From assembly GCA_964607835.1 (NCBI GenBank), contig CAZSLL010000003.1, positions 3,826 through 67,825 on the forward strand: DNA of 64,000 nucleotides, read 5' to 3'. The notes beneath the pieces are model-generated. The model was not told the DNA's origin. It worked only from the letters and a program-made list of their open reading frames with translations, and did no database searches. Positions 18,857-28,664 of the stretch are shown piece after piece (the stretch's first letter is position 1; every line of letters begins with the position of its first letter). The position numbers were made by a program, and so were the translations under genes. Source of the DNA: an uncultured archaeon (GTDB taxonomy: Archaea; Aenigmatarchaeota; Aenigmatarchaeia; QMZP01).

Positions 18857-19544
18857 TTACCGTGCCCCGGAATCCCTTCCCCGAGAGGTAGCTGTCCAGG
18901 TTGCTTATCCTCTTCCCGTTCATTATGGCAACCTCGAGCCCGAGCTTCTCGGCCTCCTTCGAGGCCACGGGGTCGAAGGGGTGGCTGGCCCCTGGGTCCC
19001 ACCTGTCTCCCACGAGCTTCCTGAAATCCCCCCAGGACATCTCCTTTATGGGCTTTGCGTCCCTGTGGTATTTAGGGTCCTTGTCATACACGAAGTCTAT
19101 GTTGGAGAGGTTGATCAGCTTCCCTGCTTTGAAGTTCCTTGCCATGAGAACGGCGTCATAGTCAGTGGAGCACCCCGGCTTCCATCCAGCCCCTATCAGG
19201 ATGCTCTCCCTGAACCTTATCCTCTCTGAGGGGTCCTTGATGACCCTTGGGTGAGCGTGGTCCCTGAATATTGTCCTCAGAAGGTGGGCGTTGAACCTGG
19301 TGGCGTGTATGCCCAGCCAGTCCAGGTCGTCCCTGGTGAGCTTCGTTATCTCAGAGGCCGCCTTCTGGTAGCGCCTGCACACCTTTCCGCCGCCGGATAT
19401 GATGATGAACTTCCTTCCCTTCCTGGCGTGCTTCAGAATGAGCTCCCTGAAGCTTCTGAGAAAGGGAACGTCAACGCCGTCAGGGACTATTATGGAGCCG
19501 CCAAGGCTCAGGATTACGAGTTCTTTGTCCCCCGGCATTTGCAT
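18846..19544 (-). CDS. amino-acid kinase family protein, probably UMP kinase
   Basis: LVILSLGGSIIVP ... IIISGGG ... AGWKPGCSTDYDAVLMA ... NIDFVYDKDPKYHRDAKPI; start at internal MQMPG, listed ORF extends to 19640. Confidence 0.55.
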   Translation of the reverse strand: MQMPGDKELVILSLGGSIIVPDGVDVPFLRSFRELILKHARKGRKFIIISGGGKVCRRYQKAASEITKLTRDDLDWLGIHATRFNAHLLRTIFRDHAHPRVIKDPSERIRFRESILIGAGWKPGCSTDYDAVLMARNFKAGKLINLSNIDFVYDKDPKYHRDAKPIKEMSWGDFRKLVGDRWDPGASHPFDPVASKEAEKLGLEVAIMNGKRISNLDSYLSGKGFRGTVIRN

Positions 19545-19636
19545 CCTAAATGAATTGTTGTTTCTCATATATATAGCATATATCCCCCTTATTTGACAAT
19601 GCAAACAGAAAGGACCCGAAGGCCCTTTCCACATTC

Positions 19637-20233
19637 TCACGGGTTCCAGTAGTCAGCCTTTGGAGCCCTCCACTCCCGGTATAATTGCCTTGTATGCTTA
19701 ATCGCTTCAGCGCAGTAACTGAGAAAGTATTCGAATCTGTATACAAGTTTACTGTAGAAGATTAACACAAGAGAGAGCCCGAATCCCGCTAAGAGGAAGG
19801 GGTTTCCTGTCACAAGGAAGGCCACCAGTCCCGTCATGACTATCAGCTCTGCTGAAAGCCTGTCTTTTGGTATTCGCAGCCTTACGAAGCGCATGTTCAA
19901 TCGCTTTGAGTTGGGGGCAATCACCAACCCGGCAGCGAACCCTCCGGACAGCCACAGGAAGCCCCAGAAGGAGAAGCCTGCTATAATCGCATAGGGAATA
20001 AGGGCAATAAAGATGTATGCCACAGGGAAAAACCTGATGAATCCGGTCCTGCCAGGTAAAAGTTTATAGGAGTTCCATATCACCCAAGTGGTTGCGATGA
20101 CGTAGTATATCGTCACGCCTGTGACCAAAAGAAGGGGCCCGTGAGCCGTGAACCCGAGCACTGATATGCCCGAGGAGGCCAGGAACACCCCAACAGAAAT
20201 CATAAATACGATTGCAATCTCCAGCCATGCCAT
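19637..20233 (-). CDS. hypothetical polytopic membrane protein
   Basis: 198 aa, 5-6 predicted TM helices. Confidence 0.45.
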   Translation of the reverse strand: MAWLEIAIVFMISVGVFLASSGISVLGFTAHGPLLLVTGVTIYYVIATTWVIWNSYKLLPGRTGFIRFFPVAYIFIALIPYAIIAGFSFWGFLWLSGGFAAGLVIAPNSKRLNMRFVRLRIPKDRLSAELIVMTGLVAFLVTGNPFLLAGFGLSLVLIFYSKLVYRFEYFLSYCAEAIKHTRQLYREWRAPKADYWNP

Positions 20234-20248
20234 AGAGAATCCCTCCCT

Positions 20249-20878
20249 TCATCTCTTTGCGAATAGGTAAATGGTCAGCAGGAAAAGCACGGCCCCCAGC
20301 CCAATCGCAGCAGGGGCTGACCTGATGAGAAACCATGCTACCATGATGAAAATCAAAAGAAGCACGTACTTGAAGATGAGTCGCTCTATCCTGGTGGTCC
20401 TCTCCCACTCGCCCCTTCCCCTGTTCCTCTCGTAGGCCTCCTTCTGGGTCACGTATCCGCCGGGCTCCCTCTTCAGGTAGGTCATCCTTCTCGTGTTTCC
20501 CATATGCTCCTCTTTCACGACGTGCCTTCCTCCCCCCTTGGGCCTGTATAACTCCGGCAAAACCAGCGCCACCAGCCCGGCCAATATGCCCTTTCCAAAT
20601 GGCCAGAGGAAACCAGCCGGCACCGCCCCCACTGAAACCAGGACAGAGAGCCCTGTGGGCATGGCGCAGAGGATGAGCCAGATTAGCAGAAGCAAGCATC
20701 GGTCCTCAGAGGCAACCTCCAGAAGGCCCTCGCCCAGCCCTCTTGATTTGGTGTTCACCCAGACCAGGAGCACATAGATGAAGAGCGATGCGGCCAGGGT
20801 CCAGAAGTAGAGGGCCTGCTGCTCGCCCTCCAGTGATATCCAGGCGGCCACCGATGCCGCTGCCACAAATACCAGCAT
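20249..20878 (-). CDS. hypothetical membrane protein
   Basis: Internal Met start; the N-terminal 78 codons of listed ORF 20249..21112 are Arg/Gly-rich and overlap the next gene. Confidence 0.4.
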   Translation of the reverse strand: MLVFVAAASVAAWISLEGEQQALYFWTLAASLFIYVLLVWVNTKSRGLGEGLLEVASEDRCLLLLIWLILCAMPTGLSVLVSVGAVPAGFLWPFGKGILAGLVALVLPELYRPKGGGRHVVKEEHMGNTRRMTYLKREPGGYVTQKEAYERNRGRGEWERTTRIERLIFKYVLLLIFIMVAWFLIRSAPAAIGLGAVLFLLTIYLFAKR

Positions 20879-20898
20879 TGCAAGAAGCCTCAATCCAA

Positions 20899-21129
20899 TC
20901 ACCCCCCTTTGATTGACTCTGATATATTGTGCGCGTTGAACCACGCAATCCCTGTTCCAAGCAGGAATCCTGCGGCGACCTGACACACCGCGTCTTTTCC
21001 CCATTCCCCGGCCCCTGTGCAGGGAAGACCCGGAAGCGTGATGGAAAGGAACCCCCACCACATCAGAAGAGAGAATACAAGGAACATGACCGGCCCCCAG
21101 GGAACCCTGCAATAAGCTTGCCTTGCATC
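20899..21129 (-). CDS. hypothetical small membrane protein
   Basis: MDARQAYCRVPWGPVMFLVFSLLMWWGFLSI; internal start of listed ORF 20899..21261. Confidence 0.3.
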   Translation of the reverse strand, partial: DARQAYCRVPWGPVMFLVFSLLMWWGFLSITLPGLPCTGAGEWGKDAVCQVAAGFLLGTGIAWFNAHNISESIKGG

Positions 21130-21364
21130 CATAGCGAAGCCCTCCTTTCGTGAGAAATCGCGAGACCCCTCCCAGGGCCCGTAATGTTGGGGCCGGCCCA
21201 GGAAAGACTGGGCATGGCCTTGTTTCATTATATCACGGAATCCGAGGATGCCGTGCTTCATATATTAAGTTTTTCTTTTTGGAGAGCGTGAACGGGGAGG
21301 GCTATGATTCTGGTTTCCCGGAAAGCCATTTAAGCTTTGGCATCATACCCGGAAAGTTCAGTGA

Positions 21365-21373
21365 TTTAAAAAT
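21365..21373 (+). promoter_or_regulatory. candidate TATA box for mcm
   Basis: TTTAAAAAT about 45 nt upstream of the GTG start at 21417. Confidence 0.25.
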
Positions 21374-21416
21374 CATTCCTGCATAGAATATGCTGTAAAC
21401 TCTAGGGGTAATTATA

Positions 21417-24400
21417 GTGGCTGACAAGAAAAATGCGGTGGCAGAAAAGAAAAAGAGAGACAGGAAGCCGCCTGAAGAGGATGAGGGAAAGAAGACCGAG
21501 ATGGTGGCAAGGCTCAAGGAGCTCCTCCACAAGAAATACCTTAAGCAGCTCAACAAGGCCGCCCTTGAGGAAAAGGCACTTGTTATAGACTTCGCCACCC
21601 TTAGCAAGTTCTCATACGAGCTGGGAGAGGCCCTGCTCAGCCAGCCTGACTTCCTCCTGGAATGCGCCAAGGAGGCAGAGGAGGCAATAGAGGGAGTGCC
21701 CGGGCCGGTTCCGGTCAGGATTATGAGCCTGCCTGAGATGACATCCATCAGGGACCTGAGGGCCAAGCACCTCGGAAGGTTCCTCTCAGTGGAGGGCACG
21801 GTCAGGAGGGCATCTGAGATAAGGCCTGAGATACAGAAGGTTCTCTGGGAGTGCCCTGAATGCGGGGACATCATAGAGGCCTACTCAGAGGTGGGCATGA
21901 TAAGGAAACCCTTTGCCTGCAACTGCGGCAACCGCACAGGGTTCATAAAGAAGCATTCAGTCCTGGTGGACACGAGGTGGGTGACCATAGAGGAGCCCTT
22001 CGAGCTCACAGAGGGTGACCGCCCCTCCCAGATAAATGTGGTCCTCAATGACGACCTTGTTTCCAGGCATGGGCGGCGCATGACAGACCCGGGGAACAGG
22101 ATAAAGGTCACCGGAATCCTGAGGGAGACTCCCAAGGGAAAGATATTCTCCTCCAAGCTCGACCTCTTCATGAGCGCTAACCACGTGGAGCCCACTGAGA
22201 TTGGCTGGCACATGCTGGACATCTCAGAGGAGGATGAGAAGGAAATCAAGAGGCTGGCAAAGGACCCCAAGATATACGACCTCCTGGTGGGCTCCCTTGC
22301 CCCAAGCCTGTACGGGCTCACTGAGATAAAGGAGAGCATAATACTCCAGCTGTTCGGCGGCGTTCCCCTGCACCTCAGGGACAAGACCCATGTCAGGGGA
22401 GACATCCACGTGCTGCTTATCGGTGACCCCGCAGCGGGAAAGTCCCAGCTCCTCAAGCTCGTCCCTGAAATAGTCCCCAGGGGCAAGTACGTGTCCGGTA
22501 AGGGGACAACAGGAGCCGGGCTGTGCACGGTCTATGACAGCCTGGTCCAGATGGAGGACGGCGGTTTTGTTAGGATTGGTGAGCTGGTGGAGAATGAGCT
22601 CAGTGGAAACTCAAAGAGTCATTCAGAGGGGATTACCGTGGCCAGCAACCCCTCCCGCAGGAAGGTACTCAGCCTCTCGGGAAGCAGCGGCAAGCTGAAA
22701 CCCATGGAAATCACCCAGTACTGGAAGATAAAGGCCCCTGGAAAGCTGGTCAGGATAACGACCAGAAGCGGAAGAGAGGTAACAGTGACCCCGGACAACC
22801 CCATACTGACCATGTGCAATGGCATTCTCGAATGGAAGAAGGCAGCACATCTCAGTGACTCTGATTACGTGGCCTCGGCGAGGGCCATTGCAAAGCCCCC
22901 TGAAAGGGATGTTCCCCTGGCTGACCTTGTCGAGGATTCTGTGCATGTGCTGGAGTCAGGGGACATAGTCAAGAGGCTTGTCCATGAGATAAGAGCCCGT
23001 GGCAGTATCAGGGAATATTCCGCAAGGTCAGGAATCAACGAAAACAGCCTTTACCATTCCTGGATAAGGAATGATGCTGTTGGAAACCCAGACATGGGCA
23101 CGCTCAGGGGAATATGCCGCGACATGGGAATGGATTACGGCGAGCTCATTCCCCCAAGGATGCGGCTCTCACAATACAAGGGCCATGAGATAATGCTTCC
23201 CAGGCACCTGAATGCAGACCTGATGTACATTGCAGGCCTTATTGCAGGGGATGGAAGCATATCAAGCACAGCTTATGGCGGAATGGACATCAAATTCTGC
23301 AGCGCTGACGAATGCCTCCTCGAGTCATTCCGCCGGCTTTGCGAGAAGCATCTGAGGGCTCCGCTAAGGGAGGAGTCCAGGGGAAGGATACCTTACATGA
23401 GGTTCAGGTCCAAGATATTCGCCAGGATACTCTCAGAGCTGGGAATACCCCACGGGAAGAAGTCGTCCAGCATCAGGGTTTCGCAGATGCTCTCGTCCCT
23501 CCCTGACAGCCTCGTCCGGGCCTATCTCCAGGGCATCTTCGACACGGATGGCAGTGTGCAGCCGCGGACATCCGGCTCCAGTGTCATTGAGCTCACCACA
23601 GCCAGCAGGGAATATGCCCGCGGAATCCAGCTCCTTCTCCTGAGGTTCGGCGTATTGTCTTCGGTAAGGGAGAGGAGGGCCACAGAATCCGTCATTCATG
23701 GCAGGACTGTCAGGTCTGGCAGGAAATGGAGCCTTGAGATAAGGGGCGAAAACACATCATCCTTCGATGGTAGTGTTGGCTTCAGGCTCGCCAGGAAGTC
23801 TGCCAGACTCGATGAGCTTATTTCCTCTTCAGGGAAGAGCAACACGAATACAGATGTTGTGCCCGGGATAGCGGGATTGCTCAGAAGGGCCAGGCTATCG
23901 GCAGGCCTCTCGGCAAAGCAGCTATACGGATACAAGAACTACACTTATGAGCGTGGTGAAAGAAGCCCTTCGCGGGTCATGCTCAAGAGAATAGCTGACA
24001 GGCTGGCTGAGCATTCCAGCGGCAGGGATGCAGAAACCCTCATGATGCTCGCCTGTTCAGATATCCTGTGGGAAAGGCCGCGAATTGGCCTCATCGACAA
24101 CAAGGAGCACGAATATGTGTATGACGTGACGGTCGAGGGGGAGCACAGCTTCATGGCCAATGGGGTGATAATCCACAACACCGCGACCGTGACCAAGGAT
24201 GAGCAGTTCATGGGAGGCTGGGTGCTCGAGGCAGGGGCCATGGTGCTTGCCAACAAGGGCATGCTCGCAGTGGACGAGTTCGAGAAGATGTCGCCAGAGG
24301 ATCAGGTGGCCATGCATGAGGGCCTTGAGCAGGGCACTGTGTCCATAGCCAAGGCCTCCATTGTGGCAACACTTCCCGCAAAGACCTCTGTGCTTGCGGG

Positions 24401-25124
24401 AGGCAACCCCAAGTTCTCCAGGTTCGACCCTTACGTGCCCATCTCAAAGCAGATAACAATCACAGACACCCTGCTCTCCAGGTTCGATCTCAAGTTCGCG
24501 ATCCAGGACAAGCCCCAGAGCGCGAGGGACAAGAGCGTGGTGGACCACGTCATAAAGACCAGGGAGGACGAGAACTTCGAGGGCGCCATGCCAAAGATAG
24601 ACCCTGCCTTCATAAGGAAGTACATAGCCTATGCCAGGGAGCACTGCGAGCCAAAGTTCAACAAGGAGGCAGGCAAGATTCTCAGGAACTTCTACATAAA
24701 GACCAGGAAGAGGTCAGAGGGCTCCGGCTCTGTGCCCATAACCATGAGGCAGTTCGAGGCCCTGCTCAGGCTCTCAGAGGCTTCTGCCAAGATTCAGCTC
24801 CAGCCCGAGGTCAGGAAGGAGGACGCCCAGAGGGCCATAAGGCTCATGAAATGCTCGCTCAAGCAGCTGGGGCTTGACCCCGAGACCGGCGAGATTGACA
24901 TAGACCGCTCTGAGGGAGGAACCCCTGCCAGCGAGAGGTCCAAGATAAGGATTGTTCTTGACATAATCGACAAGCTCTCTGAGACCAAGAAGGAGATAGC
25001 CCTGGAGGAGCTCAGGAGCGCCGCAAGGGGAGACGGCGTGGACGACGTGGACGACATCATCGAGAGGCTCAAGACCCAGGGCCTCCTCTTCGAGCCCTCC
25101 CCCGGATTCGTGCAGAAGGTTTAG
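21417..25124 (+). CDS. mcm: MCM replicative helicase (intein-containing precursor)
   Basis: Zinc finger CPECGD...CNCGN, Walker A IGDPAAGKSQLLK, GKGTTGAGL | intein | TATVTKDE...VDEFEKM arginine finger region; extein about 683 aa. Confidence 0.9.
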   Translation: MADKKNAVAEKKKRDRKPPEEDEGKKTEMVARLKELLHKKYLKQLNKAALEEKALVIDFATLSKFSYELGEALLSQPDFLLECAKEAEEAIEGVPGPVPVRIMSLPEMTSIRDLRAKHLGRFLSVEGTVRRASEIRPEIQKVLWECPECGDIIEAYSEVGMIRKPFACNCGNRTGFIKKHSVLVDTRWVTIEEPFELTEGDRPSQINVVLNDDLVSRHGRRMTDPGNRIKVTGILRETPKGKIFSSKLDLFMSANHVEPTEIGWHMLDISEEDEKEIKRLAKDPKIYDLLVGSLAPSLYGLTEIKESIILQLFGGVPLHLRDKTHVRGDIHVLLIGDPAAGKSQLLKLVPEIVPRGKYVSGKGTTGAGLCTVYDSLVQMEDGGFVRIGELVENELSGNSKSHSEGITVASNPSRRKVLSLSGSSGKLKPMEITQYWKIKAPGKLVRITTRSGREVTVTPDNPILTMCNGILEWKKAAHLSDSDYVASARAIAKPPERDVPLADLVEDSVHVLESGDIVKRLVHEIRARGSIREYSARSGINENSLYHSWIRNDAVGNPDMGTLRGICRDMGMDYGELIPPRMRLSQYKGHEIMLPRHLNADLMYIAGLIAGDGSISSTAYGGMDIKFCSADECLLESFRRLCEKHLRAPLREESRGRIPYMRFRSKIFARILSELGIPHGKKSSSIRVSQMLSSLPDSLVRAYLQGIFDTDGSVQPRTSGSSVIELTTASREYARGIQLLLLRFGVLSSVRERRATESVIHGRTVRSGRKWSLEIRGENTSSFDGSVGFRLARKSARLDELISSSGKSNTNTDVVPGIAGLLRRARLSAGLSAKQLYGYKNYTYERGERSPSRVMLKRIADRLAEHSSGRDAETLMMLACSDILWERPRIGLIDNKEHEYVYDVTVEGEHSFMANGVIIHNTATVTKDEQFMGGWVLEAGAMVLANKGMLAVDEFEKMSPEDQVAMHEGLEQGTVSIAKASIVATLPAKTSVLAGGNPKFSRFDPYVPISKQITITDTLLSRFDLKFAIQDKPQSARDKSVVDHVIKTREDENFEGAMPKIDPAFIRKYIAYAREHCEPKFNKEAGKILRNFYIKTRKRSEGSGSVPITMRQFEALLRLSEASAKIQLQPEVRKEDAQRAIRLMKCSLKQLGLDPETGEIDIDRSEGGTPASERSKIRIVLDIIDKLSETKKEIALEELRSAARGDGVDDVDDIIERLKTQGLLFEPSPGFVQKV
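22524..24179 (+). mobile_element. MCM intein with LAGLIDADG homing endonuclease domain (552 aa)
   Basis: Begins with Cys (AGL|CTVYDS), ends VIIHN|T; LAGLIDADG motifs YIAGLIAGDGSI and LQGIFDTDGSV. Confidence 0.8.
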
Positions 25125-25213
25125 GGAGTCATGCATAACCATCCTGGGTAAGGTTACAGGCTTCCTGGGCTGGTCACACTATATGAATAAAACAGTTTCT
25201 CCCCAATCTGTAT

Positions 25214-26689
25214 ATGGCCAAGATTTCTGAGCGCACCTCCAGGACCTTCACAGAGTACCTCATCCTTCCCGGAAGGACATCCAGAAATGCCAGGATAGAG
25301 GACATCTCTCTGAGGAGCAGGCTCACCCATAACCTCGAGATTCCCCTTCCCTTTCTCAGCGCTGCCATGCAGTCAGTGACAGGCCACGAGTTGGCCATAG
25401 AGCTCGCCAAGCAGGGGGGCCTGGGCGTGGTGCCGGGAAGCCTTCCGGTTGAGGAGCAGGCCTCTGTCGTGAACATGGTGAAGCGATACAAGTCAGGCTT
25501 CGTGCACAATCCCATGACAGTATCACCCGATGACCGCATATCAAGGCTTCTGGAGCTGGAGAAGAGGCACGGCCATTCCACCTTCCCTGTTGTGGACCAG
25601 GGCAGGCTCGTTGGGCTCATAACAGAGAAGAAATACCACCCGGAGAAGGACAGGGATGTGCCGGTTTCCCAGAGGATGCTTCCCTTTGACAAGCTCATAA
25701 CAGGCAGGGAGGGCATGGGCCTGGACGAGGCCAATGACATGGTCATCCAGTCAGGCATAGGTGTCCTGCCCATAATAGACCAGGACAGGAACCTCAAATC
25801 CGTGGTCTTTTACAGGGACCTCAAGGAGCATATTACCTTCCCTGACGCATTCGTGGACCAGGGCAAGCGGCTGATGGTGGCGGCCGCCCTATCCACCCAC
25901 CCCGAGGACATGGTGAGGGCAGAGGCCGTGGTGAAGGCAGGCGCGGACTTCCTTTGCGTGGACTCATCTGACTTGTTCTCTGACTTCGCCCAGGAGGCCC
26001 TGGAGCGATATAAGCAGTTCAGGAAGCCCATAATCGCGGGCAACATTGTCACGGCAGAGGCATTCGATTTCCTGGCAGAGGCCGGGGCGGACTGCGTCAA
26101 GATAGGCCAGGGTTCGGGCTCCATATGCACCACCAGGAGGGTCAAGTCCACGGGAAGGGGCCAGGCCACAGCTGTCATGGAAGTCGCAAAAGCCAGGGAC
26201 AAATTCTTCTCTAAGACCGGGAAATACATCCCCATATGCTCTGACGGGGGAATAAGCTCCACAGGCGACATGGCCGTGGCCTTTGCTCTGGGGGCTGACC
26301 TGCTCATGATGGGCAAGTACTTCGCGGGGTTCACAGAGTCCCCCCAGGCCCTCGTTGAAAGGCCCTTCAGGGTCATAGCAGACGGGCCAGAGGACATGAG
26401 CACGGTCAACGCCTTTGTCAAGCCCTACTGGGGCGAGGCCTCTGCCAGGGCCAAGAACATAAGGCGATACGGGCACACAGACCCAAGGAGCTTTGTGATT
26501 GAGGGCGTGGAGGGATTCGTGCTCCACAAGGGGAGCCTTTCAGCGCAGGTGTCCAGGGATGTGCTGGCCCTGAAGGGCTCCATGAGCACAGCGGGCTGCA
26601 GGACCCTGAGTGAGCTCTACGAGAGGGCCAGGCTCGAGGTCCAGACCACGAGCTCGCACTCAGAGGGGGGGACCAGCGTGATAAAGTAG
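25214..26689 (+). CDS. guaB: IMP dehydrogenase
   Basis: IMPDH catalytic loop GIGSGSICTTRRV, tandem CBS region, SDGGISSTGD; 491 aa. Confidence 0.85.
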   Translation: MAKISERTSRTFTEYLILPGRTSRNARIEDISLRSRLTHNLEIPLPFLSAAMQSVTGHELAIELAKQGGLGVVPGSLPVEEQASVVNMVKRYKSGFVHNPMTVSPDDRISRLLELEKRHGHSTFPVVDQGRLVGLITEKKYHPEKDRDVPVSQRMLPFDKLITGREGMGLDEANDMVIQSGIGVLPIIDQDRNLKSVVFYRDLKEHITFPDAFVDQGKRLMVAAALSTHPEDMVRAEAVVKAGADFLCVDSSDLFSDFAQEALERYKQFRKPIIAGNIVTAEAFDFLAEAGADCVKIGQGSGSICTTRRVKSTGRGQATAVMEVAKARDKFFSKTGKYIPICSDGGISSTGDMAVAFALGADLLMMGKYFAGFTESPQALVERPFRVIADGPEDMSTVNAFVKPYWGEASARAKNIRRYGHTDPRSFVIEGVEGFVLHKGSLSAQVSRDVLALKGSMSTAGCRTLSELYERARLEVQTTSSHSEGGTSVIK

Positions 26690-26750
26690 CCGCTTGATGA
26701 CCCTTTCAAACCAAAACCAGAAACATACGGCAAAATAACCCCAAAAATGC

Positions 26751-26757
26751 TTATAAA
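26751..26757 (+). promoter_or_regulatory. candidate TATA box of pilin gene
   Basis: TTATAAA 24-30 nt upstream of ATG 26781 (leaderless-type spacing). Confidence 0.35.
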
Positions 26758-26780
26758 CCACCTGGGACAATAATTAAAGG

Positions 26781-27287
26781 ATGTCCATGAAGAAAGCACA
26801 GTCTGCAATGGAATACCTGATGACATACGGATGGGCAATCCTGATCGTCATAATAGTGGCGGCGGCGCTCTATGCCCTGGGAATCTTCAATCCTGCGACA
26901 TACACCGGAAGGATACCCACGGGTTTCACGACTCTTGGCGCCCCAGAGGACTGGGATGTCAACAGCGATGGCGATGTAAGGATAATCCTGAACAACCGTC
27001 TGGCAAGCCAGATAACAGTGTACGAGATATCCGTTACCTCTGGCACCACAACTGACACCTGGGAAACAGTCGGCTGCACCGGGGCAGGGACCTACCTGAC
27101 CATAGCACCGAACGGCCAGGTTGAACCCTCGAATACAACGTGTCCGAGCTCGAATGAGGAATACGAGCTCAACGTGGGTTCCCAGACCTCAGGAACAACC
27201 TACTCCGTAGATGTCGAGATACTCTACAATTCAGGCGGCTTCAACCACACTGAATCAGGCAAGATAACGGGCACCATCAGCTCCTAA
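26781..27287 (+). CDS. archaeal type IV pilin-like protein (class III signal peptide)
   Basis: MKKAQSAMEYLMTYGWAILIVIIVAAALY class III signal/hydrophobic core; Thr/Ser/Asn-rich body with NxT/S sequons. Confidence 0.7.
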   Translation: MSMKKAQSAMEYLMTYGWAILIVIIVAAALYALGIFNPATYTGRIPTGFTTLGAPEDWDVNSDGDVRIILNNRLASQITVYEISVTSGTTTDTWETVGCTGAGTYLTIAPNGQVEPSNTTCPSSNEEYELNVGSQTSGTTYSVDVEILYNSGGFNHTESGKITGTISS

Positions 27288-27316
27288 ACGGGCTGATTGT
27301 GTCTGACCGCCTTTAA

Positions 27317-27352
27317 CTTTTCTTTATTTATTACTCTGCTTCTTGTTTTTAT
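27317..27352 (+). terminator. T-rich putative archaeal terminator after pilin gene
   Basis: CTTTTCTTTATTTATT ... TTGTTTTTATT immediately downstream of stop. Confidence 0.3.
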
Positions 27353-27378
27353 TAACCGGAAGCAGCAATACTTTTATT

Positions 27379-27720
27379 ATGCACAAACAAGTAATAGCAG
27401 TCCGCAGGGACCTGAAGCTCTCCAGGGGAAAGCTCGCGGTCCAGGTTGCCCACGCCTCTCTGGAGGCCTACAAGAGAGTTGACTCCCGTTCCAGGGATGC
27501 CTGGGAGAGGGACGGCTCCAAGAAGGTGGTGGTGGGGGTCCAGGACCTGAGGGAACTTGAGGAGCTCCACAGGAAGGCCCGCTCCAAGAAGCTCCCCTGC
27601 GCCCTGATAAGGGATGCGGGAAGGACAGAGCTCCCCCCGGGGACGGTTACCTGCCTGGGCATAGGCCCGGTAAATGAGGGAGAGGCGGACAGCGTGACAG
27701 GAAACCTGAAGATGATATGA
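27379..27720 (+). CDS. pth2: peptidyl-tRNA hydrolase Pth2
   Basis: KQVIAVRRDLKLSRGKLAVQVAHAS ... LIRDAGRTELPPGTVTCLGIGP matches archaeal Pth2. Confidence 0.7.
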   Translation: MHKQVIAVRRDLKLSRGKLAVQVAHASLEAYKRVDSRSRDAWERDGSKKVVVGVQDLRELEELHRKARSKKLPCALIRDAGRTELPPGTVTCLGIGPVNEGEADSVTGNLKMI

Positions 27721-27732
27721 GGAGGATTTGAC

Positions 27733-28194
27733 ATGACAAAGGACATTTCAGTGAACACCGGGGACCAGGAGAGGGTCACCCAGGAGAACGTGCAGGAGAA
27801 GTTCATGATATACCAGCTCATGGAGCGGCAGGTTGAGCAGCTCGGCGAGCACAGGAACATGGTGGACAACAGGATGGTAGAGATAGAGACCACCCGAAAC
27901 GCCCTGAACGAGATAGAGGGACTGGAGAAGGACAATGAGGCCCTTGTCCCCCTGGGAAGCGGGATATACACCAGGGTGAGGATAACAACCAAGGACGTGC
28001 TCGAGGAGCTCGGTGCAGGCACCATGCAGGAGAGCGACATAAATGGCGCCAAGGCATTCCTGGACAAGAGGAAGAAGGAGCTCGACAACGCCGGGAGCCA
28101 GATTGACGAGCAGGTTGCAGAACTCAACCGAAGGCTGGCAGAGCTCAGGCCTGAGCTCCAGAGAATAGCTGCCCAGCTTCAGGGCCAGCAGTGA
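27733..28194 (+). CDS. pfdA: prefoldin subunit alpha
   Basis: Coiled coil - LVPLGSGIYTRVRI...VLEELGAGTMQESDINGAKAFLDKR beta-hairpins - coiled coil. Confidence 0.6.
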   Translation: MTKDISVNTGDQERVTQENVQEKFMIYQLMERQVEQLGEHRNMVDNRMVEIETTRNALNEIEGLEKDNEALVPLGSGIYTRVRITTKDVLEELGAGTMQESDINGAKAFLDKRKKELDNAGSQIDEQVAELNRRLAELRPELQRIAAQLQGQQ

Positions 28195-28664
28195 TTTCCC
28201 TGACATGATTCTCAGGTGATTGTGATTCCCAGCACCAGCTGTATGCTGTTGCCGGAATTGCCGAAACCCAGGCCCGGGAGGCGGAGGCTGCTATTCGCGG
28301 TCCGCTTCCTGAGTCGGAAGGAAGCCTCTTCTCAGAGACGCCGCGCATTCAGAGGGACATACGCTCCCGGAGCTTTCGCCTTCCGGCAGTCCCGGGCACA
28401 GGGCCCCGGCTTTTCTTAAAGCGCTGACATTCCCCGGAATAGAACCAGGGAAAACAGAGTCGGGCGAAGGAGAAAGGGTCATCCAGAAACCAAGGAATCA
28501 TCCCCAATCATACCCATGTAGTCTTCATGGCGATTGGGAACACGTTTAGATAGCCCTTGCACACGCTAAGAAGGTGCCCACAATTCATTGCGGAAACGGG
28601 CCTGGTCTGCATGGCTATCTCTAAATAATTAACCTATTAGTTTAAAAAAATTCCGGTTGCCCGG
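28195..28664. ncRNA. long convergent intergenic region, candidate structured RNA locus (unassigned)
   Basis: 470 nt with no credible ORF in an otherwise gene-dense genome; GC-rich hairpins; TATA-like A/T blocks at 28621..28650. Confidence 0.2.

Noticed and set aside
21881-22528. Long antisense ORFs inside mcm (e.g. 21881..22528), smc (55315..56334, 339 aa), cdc48 (61876..62856, 326 aa) and ALDH (48038..49087)
   Set aside because: Typical high-GC antisense open frames with Ser/Ala/Arg-rich low-complexity translations, embedded in confidently assigned genes
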